This document shows, piece after piece, positions 24,771-36,559 of a stretch of DNA of 64,000 nt. Positions within the stretch are counted from its first letter, which is position 1, and every line of letters begins with the position of its first letter. This stretch comes from Podarcis cretensis (Eukaryota): the NCBI GenBank assembly GCA_951804945.1, contig OX638150.1, positions 66,030,001 through 66,094,000 on the forward strand. The letters are read 5' to 3'. The position numbers and the translations under genes are program-made. The notes under the pieces are model-generated. The model was not told the origin of the DNA. It saw only the letters and a program-made list of their open reading frames with translations, and did not search any database.

Positions 24771-26089
24771 TAATTGAAATTAATGCTTTGGTACAGAAAT
24801 GGAGAAAGTTCTGTTTGTTTGTATCCTAACTCAACCATATCCCTTGTGCAGAGGCTCAGGACCACAAAGGAAACAAGAAGAACCACCAAATTTATGTTTT
24901 CTTCCAATTCAGCCTTTAATGGTTATATCCAAAGAGGGTTTTCACACTTTCAGAATAACCACGAACAGCTCACTGTCCTATCAATAGAACTTCTAGATTA
25001 AGAGAATTTACAGGCATTCCTATGCAGAAGGACACTGGCGGATTAGGGCACTTCCGGGCTTCCACTATTTTCACATTCTGGCAAATTTAGGCTGCACATT
25101 TATAGTTCATTAGGAGGTCTTCTGCAACACACCTACTTCCCCGAAAGATCGGGCTTTTCGCAATAAGCAAAGTGATGTGAAAATACACTGGAAAGCATAG
25201 GATAACATTTGCATCCTGCAAATAAATCAGAATGAATGCTCATTAAATAGCCAGCATCTTCTGATGTCACTGCAAGCAAATCAGGAGGAATGATCAATAA
25301 ATACAACCTATTCCTTAACAGGGTTTCCTTCCTAGTTAGTGTTCTCAGAATTGTAGCCCCCAGAGATCTCTGTGGAGCAGCCTCAGCAGTTCCTGAATTA
25401 GGTGTTTGTTGTTAGGCAAGTTGCTGGAATCTGAATTCTGGTGCAGCCAGGAAACTTTCTAATGCAGGGGTGGGCAGAAGATTGATCCAGATCTACTGGT
25501 AAATCTCTGAGTGTTTTGCAGCAAATATGCAAAGATTCTGACAAACAACTGATTAGCAACACCAGCAACAAAAAGTTTTCTGCTCCTTCCCCCCACCCAA
25601 AAATAATTAGGCTACTGAGATAAAGTGTAGCACCCTGCTTGTGGTTAACGCTTAGCTGGAATGAAATATTCAACGCAGCAATAGAGAAATTAAAATAATA
25701 ATTTATTTGTCAGACAAATAAATATGAGGCACAGTGGTATATGGTTACCAAGCTCTGGCCTGGCCTCCTGCCATTCTGGCCAGCACTTATATTTCCTTAA
25801 TCCAGCCCCCTTGCTCCTCCTGTGGCTGCCTCTGTCCAATCAGCCTGGTTGAAATTCCTATTGGCTGTTTGCTAGAACCAATCACAAAAGATACACCCAT
25901 TTCCTCTTGTCCTTTTATGGGAAACAAAAAGCTATATATTCTTCTATCTATAAATGACAAATAAGTAGTAATATATCTTACATGTGTCTCAACAAGGAAC
26001 CTTAATTACCAGCTCACCTCGCCCTATTGCCCTCCAAAACAGATGGTTAATCTTAAATTTTTATCTTAAACAGATGTCAAGGATCATCA

Positions 26090-26205
26090 TTGAAAGATCT
26101 CCTTCTCTTGAAGGTCTTTTAAACAAAGGCCTGACAACCTGCTTGGCGGGGGGGGGGGCCTGGGCTGGTGGCTGATGGCCCCTGTGATCTCTTCCAACTA
26201 TATGA
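26090..26205 (+). mobile_element. CR1 3' remnant
   Basis: TCTCCTTCTCTTGAAGGTCTTTTAAACAAAGGC...CTCTTCCAACT resembles 12208-12330. Confidence 0.6.
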
Positions 26206-27411
26206 AATAAGAATCTAGCATAAGGATTTAACATTTCTTAGCTTCTAATTCCTTTGCATAATTACATTTAAGCCAATATATTTAATACATAACATAGATA
26301 GCTTTTTAGAAGAATAAACCTTTTCAAAGTAAGGAACAGTTTCCAGCCTCAAAAATAGAAAGAAAGAAAACCTATCTTCTCCAGCCAAGCCAGTTGCCTT
26401 TTTCACTGCTCTTGACCTTTCAACCTTAGGAAAATATGGCTCAAGTTTAATGGGAGGCACATGGTTTTATTTTACTATTTACCCACTCTTAATTATGTTT
26501 ATCTCTTTTTTATCTTCTGTAATATGTAGGGTCAGTGTAACCTTGGCTGTCAGCCTGTAATTCCCTTTGACTTTGAGAATTGTTTTCTGCTATAAATCAG
26601 GGGGGCCCCTTATCCAGGAGAATAAACATATTGCCAAGGTTCTTAGGCAGCTGCTCTTCTGCCTGGCATGAAACATTTGAAAATCTTTAAGCTCATTTTA
26701 AAATACAGGCCCTGATCAAGCCTCAATAAAAATGCAGGCTTATGATTAGATGCCTCAAAAGGACACTTGGAAGGGGGGGACACTACCAGAAACAGGGTTT
26801 GTGTGTTAGAACACTAAAACTTTGCTCACTGTCCTATCTGTGTTTTTATATTTGATTTTAAAAGTTTCTTATGTTATTTCTAAGTTGTTTGCTTTCGTAA
26901 GTTGTTCTGGGCTTTCGCAAGTTGTTCTGGGATACTCGTAAGTGTAAAAAGCAATGAATAAATGCATTAAAAACAGTACTGAAAAGACTATTGAGATCAC
27001 ACACCCACTCACCCCTGACCCTGTTGTAACGAATAACAGATCAAAACTGTATCTTAGAACTTTTCCAGGAACAGAAGAGCTTTACTCTGAGTGCTGTGTG
27101 CCAATCCAACATTAGTAGTGCAATATTCTGCCTTACGTAAGTCATCGTGAGAAGGGAGACATAGAGGAGCCCACAGCCTCTGAAAAACGAAATGAAGGAA
27201 GGAAAAATGAGAAGTTTTCAAAAATGGGTGGGGCATGGCTGTGGCAAGGGAATGATAACACTCTTTGGGGGGTGGGGACTTAAAAAAAATGTTTTGGGAG
27301 TATTTCTCATACAAAATAAAAGAAGAAGATGGCATGAGGAAAGCAATGGAGATGGTGTTTACCTCCAGTAATGTGATGGGCAATATTCAACTGCTGTCTG
27401 CAACAGTTTAT

Positions 27412-27540
27412 AGATCTGTAGACTTGGAAGGGACCTTGAAGGTCATCTGGTCCAAACCCATGCAGTGCAGGAATCCTGCCCACAGCTCAAACCACCAACC
27501 TTCTGGTTAACAGCCAGATGCACTGACCCATTGCACCACG
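27412..27540 (-). mobile_element. CR1-tailed SINE remnant
   Basis: GACTTGGAAGGGACCTTGAAGGTCATCTGGTCCAA (reverse-complemented CR1 tail) next to a tRNA-like segment. Confidence 0.55.
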
Positions 27541-27579
27541 TGATGGATTGAACAAAATCTAGGAGCTCTTTGTCAATAA

Positions 27580-27635
27580 CAAGAAGAAGAAGAAGAAGAA
27601 GAAGAAGAAGAAGAAGAAGAAGAAGAAGAAGAAGA
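27580..27635. repeat. (AAG)n microsatellite
   Basis: Seen directly. Confidence 0.98.
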
Positions 27636-30600
27636 ATTGCCAATCCCTGGTTTAAGTTCCCAGAAACATCACATATCAGGACCTTAAATTGTGTGCTGGA
27701 ATGTATTAGACGTCAAAGGAGATTACACAATAATAGTGCAGCATTTCCCCAGCAATCCCCTCTCTTAGAAGTGAGGCAGCACATTTCAAACCTGCTATAT
27801 TTTCTGAATGATAGTCAATATCAGGCTCACATAAAGCACAATAGAAGCAAGGATGCTTCAGCGGTTGTTAATGTGTTCTGTTGACTGGAACAACGTGGTC
27901 TGAATTCATAGGGCAGATGAGCTTGACAGACTTGTATAGTCAATATAACTAGGTTGAGACGATATCTGGCATGGGACCAAACAATCCATGGACACAAAGT
28001 CAACTTCACACACTTCTTCATTAGGCGAAATGATCAGAACAAAATACAAAGAACATGGACTGTGCCAGGTTGTGTGGGTTAATTATTAGTACATCAAAAC
28101 TTCTGGAACAAAAGAGAATATTCTCAGTAAGAGGGCGTCAGTTTACCAGAAAGATTAGATCAAGTGTCTAGGAGCATCATTGTTGAACAAGGAGGTCACT
28201 TTCGGAGTTTATCTATTTTGCTAGAAGTGTAACATATAATGAAGATTATTTTAATAATGGAGCAGATGTCAAGGATCTGGGGAATATAGGGTTTTTCCAA
28301 GTGAGAGTCCAGTTTACTGTCTTGTGTTTCAATATTAGATTTTTAAAAATCCAATAGTGAGATGCACCATTTTTAATATTTAAAATCCTTTATGGGATTT
28401 GTTAAAGAATCAGAAGGCCATCCTTTTAGACAATTTTTGCAAGACTGTTATTAAAAGGCACAAAGGTGGGTAGGATTATTGTGAATCTGCCACTACTGTT
28501 CACCACTCATTTCTGTCTGTTGGAAAAATGTTGTTTAGTTGTATCTGAGGATTTTCAAGAGCTGGCAGCCATCAGCTGTTGTAGACTGTAGCTCTTGATT
28601 TCTTGCGTTAAGCGAGAGGTTCAACTGGATGGGCTACAAGTCCTGATCTAACCTCTAGTCCCAGGACAGGGATGTCCAGGTCCAATGGTCCTTCAAGGTC
28701 ACCATCAGTTTGGAGGTTTGCTTATGGACTCCAGCTCCCCCAAGGAGAATTCAGGTTCCAGGGCAGAACCCTGACGGACCCCTGGATTTTTGTGCTGTGA
28801 TAAAATACATCCCTGGCCCACAACCAGGCAAACCTCTGAGGAAAACCTTCCACAGATAGGACACTGCCACTGAGAAGGCCATCTCTCTAGTAGCTAGTCA
28901 CATTACCTCAGGGCAATGTTTGGTTAACTGATCCAATTTGCATATTTAACCTCTATTCTAGCAGCTTCTGTATCACTTATCTTCTATATGAGGATTATGT
29001 ACAAGACACTTGTTTTAGAAAGTAACAATTGAAACCAACCCTGAAACTTTTTCCCTTCCGTCTGAAAATTCAGATTGACTACAATGTGTTCAACATGTTG
29101 TTAGTTATTCACAAAGCAATCTGACAACGAATCATCATGATTAGAGAATTCAGTACACAAATGCATCATACTGTCTTGGTCCCAGGCATCTCAAGGAAAT
29201 CTGAAAGGGAGGCAAAGTCTGTAAAACTTTTAAAACACTCCATTTTGCCTCATGAACATAGCACAGTAACTCTGTGTTACTGATTCCGGTTGTGTAATTT
29301 TATCAATTTTCAGCCAAGAAACCAGCATGGAGAGGAGAATGTGGGAAGTAAACCTAGCAGAAAAGAGGTTGAGTTAGTATGTAGGTTGCTAAGCACCAAG
29401 AGTGTTTATACTACAGTCTGCCTTTATCTTTTGTCAGTGCCGGCCTTCTTGCAAATAAGTACAACCTGGACAGTGTTTGCGATTAGTAAACATCCCCCCC
29501 TTAAAAACAAACAAACAGTGATGCTTTAGACAATAGCACTTGCAGTAAGGATGGAATCCTCTGCAAACTTACCTGGGAGTCAAACCCACTTAAATTCTAT
29601 GAGTTGTATCTAATATTAGTCCAACTCATAATAAATCCACTGAAAATAATGAACACGACAAATTTAGGCCCATTAATTTCAGTGGGTCTGCTCTACCTAA
29701 GATGGATACAACCCTAAGTCTGCAGTTGTATACATTCTTACCTGGAAGTAGGAATGATAGAGAAATGTGATTCCATTAACATTAAAATTTAAACTTTCCA
29801 AAACAATTTGAGAACTGAAACACAGCTGTCCTTCAAAATGCACATTTATTCAAATTTTGCAATGCAGTTCTCCAATCAACCAGTGTTTACAAAATGCATG
29901 TATTAAGAGGAAAGTGCACATAAAAATGCACATATTAGTGAACATACAAATGTGCATTATATCATAGTAGGGTTGTTGTTTTTTTCAAAAATATGTACAT
30001 TAGTCAAAAGAGCATACAAAAATGTGTTTGTTAGGAAAAATTCACATTAAAATGCTGGTCCAGAAATATGAAGAGCTGAATTTAAGATGGGGGAAAATAA
30101 GGAAATGAGGGAACCGAAATCAACAATCTTTTCCATCTCTGAGAGTAAGCTCCTTTGAATTCAGCAAGACTTACCTTTGAGAACCCAAATGCAACTAAGT
30201 AGTCTAGAACCAACCCCACTTGTCTGGACACTCAAAAATTGTATAAAGATGGGTAGTTAGATCCTTTGAAGTAAGTTCCACAACCTTGAAGAAATCTTAC
30301 TCTCAAGAGTGCATGTATGTAGTTTGGAAGCACTGGCTTCTGCCACTGTCTCACCTTTATTTTTGTGGTGTACATCTCTACACCTTGCCTTACCTTTATG
30401 GTTTCATGCCAGGGGCACTTGAAACAAGTTTCCAGTCATTAGGAAGAAATGCATTAGGAGTTCTGCTAGAACTCTTTGAAATGCATTTTGTTCATTCTCT
30501 TCTTTTCGTCTATGGAGCTAAAATATCTGCAGGTTGCTCTAACAATTTACTCTTTCTTTTTCTGCATTCCTGTTGTTGTTTGTATAGTCATTAATATTAT

Positions 30601-32390
30601 ATGTTATCCCCCCTCCCTGAGAATTCTCAAAAGGGCTTGGTATAAAAAAAGTTTTTTAACTAGCCATTCAAAAGAGCTAAAGCATACAAAAACAAGTAAG
30701 AAGCCACAGCAACAGAGAAGTTTAATAACCTTGATCTGTACGTTTAGCTGCATTCCATGAGGTTTCTGCAAGGATGAAGTCAGCTGAATCGACAGTAATA
30801 ACTGTATGAGGAACTTGAAGGGAAATATGGTCTTAAGAGGTTAGGAGAAATGCAGACATGTCCAGATCAGCCTGTCAAACTAGTTCATGAGGACCACTGA
30901 TTTCTTTCAACTTGGACTCAACTCATTTGACTTTCCCTTTTATTATTGGCCTATTAAGTGTGGAGATGCAAATTGGTGACGGAACCATTGTGCTAACATA
31001 CAATCAACTAAATTACAAGGCACTGTGCATTTGTAATTATTGATTTATTCCTATTGTTGTTATATGGCATGCATGAGTCGGTTGAAATGTTTGTGCATAT
31101 TATACTCTACACTATATACCTGGTGTGTGTGTGGTGTGTGTGATTTTTGACCTCCAGGTGTTGTTGCACTCCAGCTCCCATCAGCCCCTGTCTGATGGCC
31201 AATGGTCGGGGTGATGGGAGATTGTCATGCCTTAGCCAGGGGACTTCTCATCAGAAGACCCGCCCTTACACCAAGCCCTGGGTCAGGCTCTCTGTCTGAG
31301 GGCCAGGATCCTGTGATGATGCTGAGGAGGGGCCATTTGAACCCAGGATGAGTTCAGCCTCTGATCTTAAGGCTGAATGGGTACCAAGGGAAGGGAAGGG
31401 CCTTAAGTGCCAAAGGGAAACCTGGCCAATCCAAATAGGAGCCTAGCCACAGGCAAGGACTCATCAGAAGTAAACGTCTCCTCAGGAGTGAAGCTTGGGG
31501 GAATCGCAAGGTTCGAAGAAGTACAACAATATTTAAGTAAGGAAAAGAAGGGGGGGTATCATCCAAAACCAAGACTGGACTGAGTGGGCTCAACGGCCAT
31601 AGAATGCTGACTAACTTTGGGAGGAGGGAATGGAAAACCAAAGGCAGAGGAATAGGATGGAGTAGCTGAGACCCCACAAAATAGGCCCTGGAAGGTTGCC
31701 CCTAAGGGAATATGACTATTGGGCTGGAAAAGGTTCTATAGATTTAGTTCAAACTTGCTTCTTTATAATTACAGATATGTCTCAGTAGCACATAAGCATT
31801 AAAATATGGGCCCAGGGCTTCTATTTTCTTGGGGAAAGGCAACTGCAGTATGTACACAGTGGAACTAGAGTCAATGCAGTTCAGGTAACAGAGCACTGGC
31901 AAATCTCAAGACAAAAATTGACCAGACTCAGGCATCTGAAATAGAGCATTCACAGAAGGGAAGAGGAAGGAGAGAGAATAAAATCTAATTTTTTTTTTTT
32001 AAATGGTCCTTTAACACATCCCCTCTGTCAAGTTTTCTGCTGAAAACCACAACCCAAAACTGGCTTACTTGCAGTGCATGTGTGTGTGCAGGGAAGGGGA
32101 GGGAGCGAAAGACATGCAGATACTCACATCCCTCCCACCCCCTATAAATAATCAGCATTAGCATCAGCATCTGACAGCATAAAGTTCATGTTAGATGAAA
32201 TGGATATTTGAATTCATCCTATAAAATACAGATTCAGAGCTGACCATATCAAAATGTCACTTTTTGGTCCGTCCCCCCTCCTTTTCAAACTACTGTACAG
32301 TGATCAGGTTGTTCTGGTACAGATCCTTATCTTCTTTTGTTAAATATACACCTAAAAATTGAACAGGTCGTTCTGTCTGGCTGAACTTAC

Positions 32391-32391
32391 A

Positions 32392-32446
<55 letters not shown>

Positions 32447-32447
32447 A
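32391..32447. repeat. (TAAA)n microsatellite
   Basis: Seen directly. Confidence 0.98.
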
Positions 32448-33039
32448 TCTCTGGATTAAATTTTTTTGTTACCTATTACTTCTGTTTCCCCTAATCCAAA
32501 TTAGCTTTCAAAAAACAAAACAAAATAAATTCATAGGTCTAAATAAGAGCATTCAAGGCTTTCTGACTGTTCTACAATGGAAAGACATAAGAATGTCATC
32601 TGTTTGTAATATTAGTGCTGTCTCTCAGATGGTTTAATTTCCTTATTGTCACAGAGGCTATATGATATCTATAATATGAGTGAGAACCCTCAGGCTTGGA
32701 TGGAGCACTGAATATGGCCCTCTAGCCTTCTTCATCTGGCCCTGGGAACTCTCATCAGGCCACACCCTCTATCCCCAGACCACACCCCTCACCACTGGCA
32801 CACTTTTCCAATTGTTGCTTTTCCCTGGTTGAAGTGTGTCCTTAAATGCCTTTTGCTTGCCTGAATGGTGATAGGTGTGTGTATAAACATCTCACTTATG
32901 TGTGACTGAAGTGTAGTTTACTGTACAACAGTAGTGCCATACTTTGCTCCACCCACCAGAAGATTGTCCATCAGGGAACATGGTGCTTGACTGAAAAAGG
33001 TCTTCCCACTCCCATCTATATATCAAGTCATAAAGCTAA

Positions 33040-34900
33040 TCTAGGGGTTTGGAGTGAGGTGTCAACAGTATGCTGATGACAACCAGTTCTAGATTTCTGT
33101 GATCAGGCACCTGGGATCTGCCATTTCTGCCTCGAACTAGTGCTTTGTCAGATGGATGAGGCAATCAGGTTGAAACAGAATACAGGTTGTGGACCACTGG
33201 GCTGAACTTCACTGCATGTAATGCTCTGAAGGAAAATGTAATGAAAATGATATATAGATGGTACATGACCCCAGTTAAACTTGCCAAAATATACCATTTG
33301 TCTGATAATAAATGTTGGAAATGTAAAGAACATGAAGGTACATTCTTTCACCTCTGGTGGACCTGCCCTAAAGTGAAGGCCTTCTGGGAAATGATATATA
33401 ATTTGTTGAAAAAGGTATTTAAGTATACCTTCACTAAGAAACCAGAGGCCTTCCTTCTGGGTATTGTCGGCCAGAAGGTGTTAAAGAAGGACCGAACATT
33501 TTTTATGTATGCAACAACGGCAGCAAGGATACTCATCGCTAAGAGCTGGAAAACTCAAGATCTACCCACACTGGAAGAGTGGCAGATGCAGCTGATGGAC
33601 TATATGCAACTGGCCGAGATGACTGGTAGAATCCGAGACCTGGGAGAGGAGAGGGTTGAGGAGGACTGGAGGAAATTCAAGATTTATTTACAAAAATATT
33701 GTAATTTGGTTGAATGTTAAGAAGGATGCTAGATCATAAATAACTGCCCACCACTGAATTAGATCTGATTTTGACGATAAGTGAAATCAAGGAAAATATA
33801 AATTTTTTGGAGAATTGTTAGATTTTATTTAAATGAGCGGAGATAAGATTGTAAACAAGTGGGTAATTTGCTTGGAATTTTTTTTTTTTTGTAACGATGT
33901 AAGTGGGAGCGGGAGACGTGAGGGAGTCCAAAGAAGTGATGAAATTATGTTATAATATAAGTAATGTTGTTTATTATTTATGCATTTGTATTCAAAAAAC
34001 TTTAATAAATATGTATTAAAAAAAATAAATAAAATAAAAAAGAAAGAAACAGAATACAAATACTGTGGGTGAGTCATCCTCAGACCCTGAAAAACTGCTC
34101 TTCCTCTTAGAGCAGGTATAAACCTTTCTCAACTCCCAGATCTCTGATAAGCAGATAATTATGGTGGCCAGAGACGCATCTCACCAGATGCATTTTATCA
34201 TGTAGGTTCTGCCCTTTCTTGGACAGAGGTGATCTGACTATGTGATCAACTTCAAGGCTTGAATGCACTTTGTGCTCTTGAAGGCTTCAGTGGATAGAAA
34301 ATGCAACTGCCTGGCTCATTTGAATACTGGGAGGTGTGAATATGTTTAGCTAGCATTATATTATCTGCATTGGCCGCTAGTGTGTTTTCAGCCAAATCAG
34401 TACAAATTTGGGGAGCTTTGAACTTATTTATCCTATATCATCTACACTTGCTGCCAGTTTGCTTCTGGTTTAAACCTTTAAAGCCCTTCAGGGTCTGGGA
34501 CTCATACACCTTAAGAGACCACCTCTCCTGTGTCAGTTCCACCCCAAATGAGTAGATCAAATGAGGGTCTGCTTTGTATTCCATTAATAAGTGAGACCTT
34601 TGGCTGCTGGGAGCAGGGCCTCCACAATGGTGGTTTTGATGCTGTGGAATTATTTCAATCCCAGATTACAAAGTTGTATGTAGCTGGTTTTAGGAAGACG
34701 TGCTGATTCCCAATGACTTTTTAACTGTCTGATAAGGGTGTGATTTCAGGCAATTCAGTTGGAAGCCAGTGGAGTCTGTTATCTTTTGTTGTCTTACATA
34801 AATCTTGCATGCTTTGTTATTTTATTTTGCAGTTTTAAATGCTATTTTAAGTGTCAATTTATTCATTGAAAACCACTTTGAGCTTGTGGAAAGGCAATCT
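33040..34900 (+). mobile_element. Old degraded L2 LINE (RT region to 3' end), host of an L1 insertion
   Basis: GFGVRCQQYADDNQ (RT YADD motif) at about 33044-33085; downstream LHLLPVCF...FKAL-like L2 3' signature at about 34440-34490. Confidence 0.7.
33185..34045 (+). mobile_element. L1/Tx1-clade LINE, 5'-truncated (ORF2 C-terminus, 3'UTR, A-rich tail)
   Basis: Open ORF 33187-33720 with C-x2-C-x8-H-x4-C knuckle (CWKCKEHEGTFFHLWWTC); AATAAA and A-rich tail; 13-bp TSD GAAACAGAATACA (33172-33184 / 34046-34058). Confidence 0.92.
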
Positions 34901-36559
34901 GTAACATATGCATCTCTTGTTTTACACCTCTCTGAATGTTAAAAGTTTTAATATGTAGCTATTCGTCAGCAACCTTGTTTTCAGAGTTGTGTAAATACTG
35001 ACCCACAGTATACAAATGTTTCATTTACTATTGTTGCTGGTAGCACATGTAAAGCAAGTTTGTGTGATGCTTCTCAGTTACTCCACATCAGGAAATAGTC
35101 ATTTGATGACATCCTTTTCTTCCCAAAGGTGGGTTTCTATGGGGCCTAATTACTGCAACTGACAGATTATTCTTGTTACCAGACTAGAGATGGTGTGTAC
35201 ATGACAGGTAACTATAAATGAAGTGCCAGAAAGAAGCTAGAATAATTTGTAAATGCTGCAGGCATTTTTCATAGTTTTGTAGTTCTCTTCTGATGGATGT
35301 CTTCAACAGTCTAATTTTTATCCGAATCAGATTTTGAAATACGAGCTGTTTCTATAGGTATCAGAATGTAGGTGTTGCTTGTCAAAAATTGCTGTTTGAT
35401 GCTCCTCCTTCATTACACATCCCAGAGTTTTCATTAAGGTTATAAGGTGGTTTGGTCCAAGCAGTTACTGAAAACTGCATTCACCTTTACACTGAGACAT
35501 AATGCAATATTGTGTGTTGAATCCATATTGCCTCCCTTATTTAGGGAACTGACTGGTTAGACTAGCATATTGATATTCAATGGGAAAGTCATAATCTATC
35601 AAGTTGGCCGTTAAAGCAGAAAGAAAAACAAACATGGATAAAAAGTGAAAAGTAGGAATTATGTTGTAGACTGGGATTAAAGGTCTCCAGTTTGAAATGG
35701 CTGTGATCAACTGGCTTAACTAAACTGTTTAATTTACACCTAGTTCTTACTGATGCGGTAAATCCATGTCTTTGTGGTACCACTGCAGAGTGATGCAGAA
35801 ATTTCACATTATGTTACTCCTTTATAAAAAAGAACAAAAATATTTCTGTCAAATATAGCGCAGATACATTTAGCAAACTAGTAATGTGGTTCTGGCATTG
35901 TTATATGCTACTAAGTACCTAATAATAGTTTGTCAGAATTAAAACAGTTGTGAAATGGAGGCCAGAAATTCACTGAGGCAAAATTGCATTGTAAATTTTT
36001 AGTATTGCACCTTCTCTTTATTACTTTCCTTCCAGATTTTCACTAAAAGATTGTTCATGTCATTCATGGGATAGGTGTAATCCTGGAAATCAGATTCTGA
36101 GGATCTCTCTCCCCCTCCACCACCTCTAGTAGGTTATCTGCCTAAGTTCCATTGATGGACAAAGATCCAGTAGGGCCAGTTAGAATTATGATTTAGTGTT
36201 AGACTAGGACTGGGGAGACTCAGACTCAAATCCCCATCCACCCATGAAGAATGTCAGGCTGTGTACAAACCAAACAATTAAAACACATGACTTCCCCTGA
36301 AGAATCCTGCACATTGCATTTTGCCTGTCACAGAACTACAGTTCCCAGCAGAGGTTGATAGATCCAGCTAGTTTTGCAATTGGAAGAGGCAAAGCTAGAC
36401 GAAGTTAGAATGTACAGAAGAGGGGAAGGTGCTAATTAGGATGATAGAGGAAAGTGGGAGCCAGTAGATTCCTCTCTGTGGCTGACGGCTACCTGCTCAG
36501 AGCCTTAAATGGCTCTGAAGGCTGCTACCGAGAAGAGAAAGAAATGTAATCCTATGCAC

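Noticed and set aside
31224-31880. Possible solo LTR beginning TGTCATG
   Set aside because: No matching CA end with TSD could be defined by eye; left unannotated.
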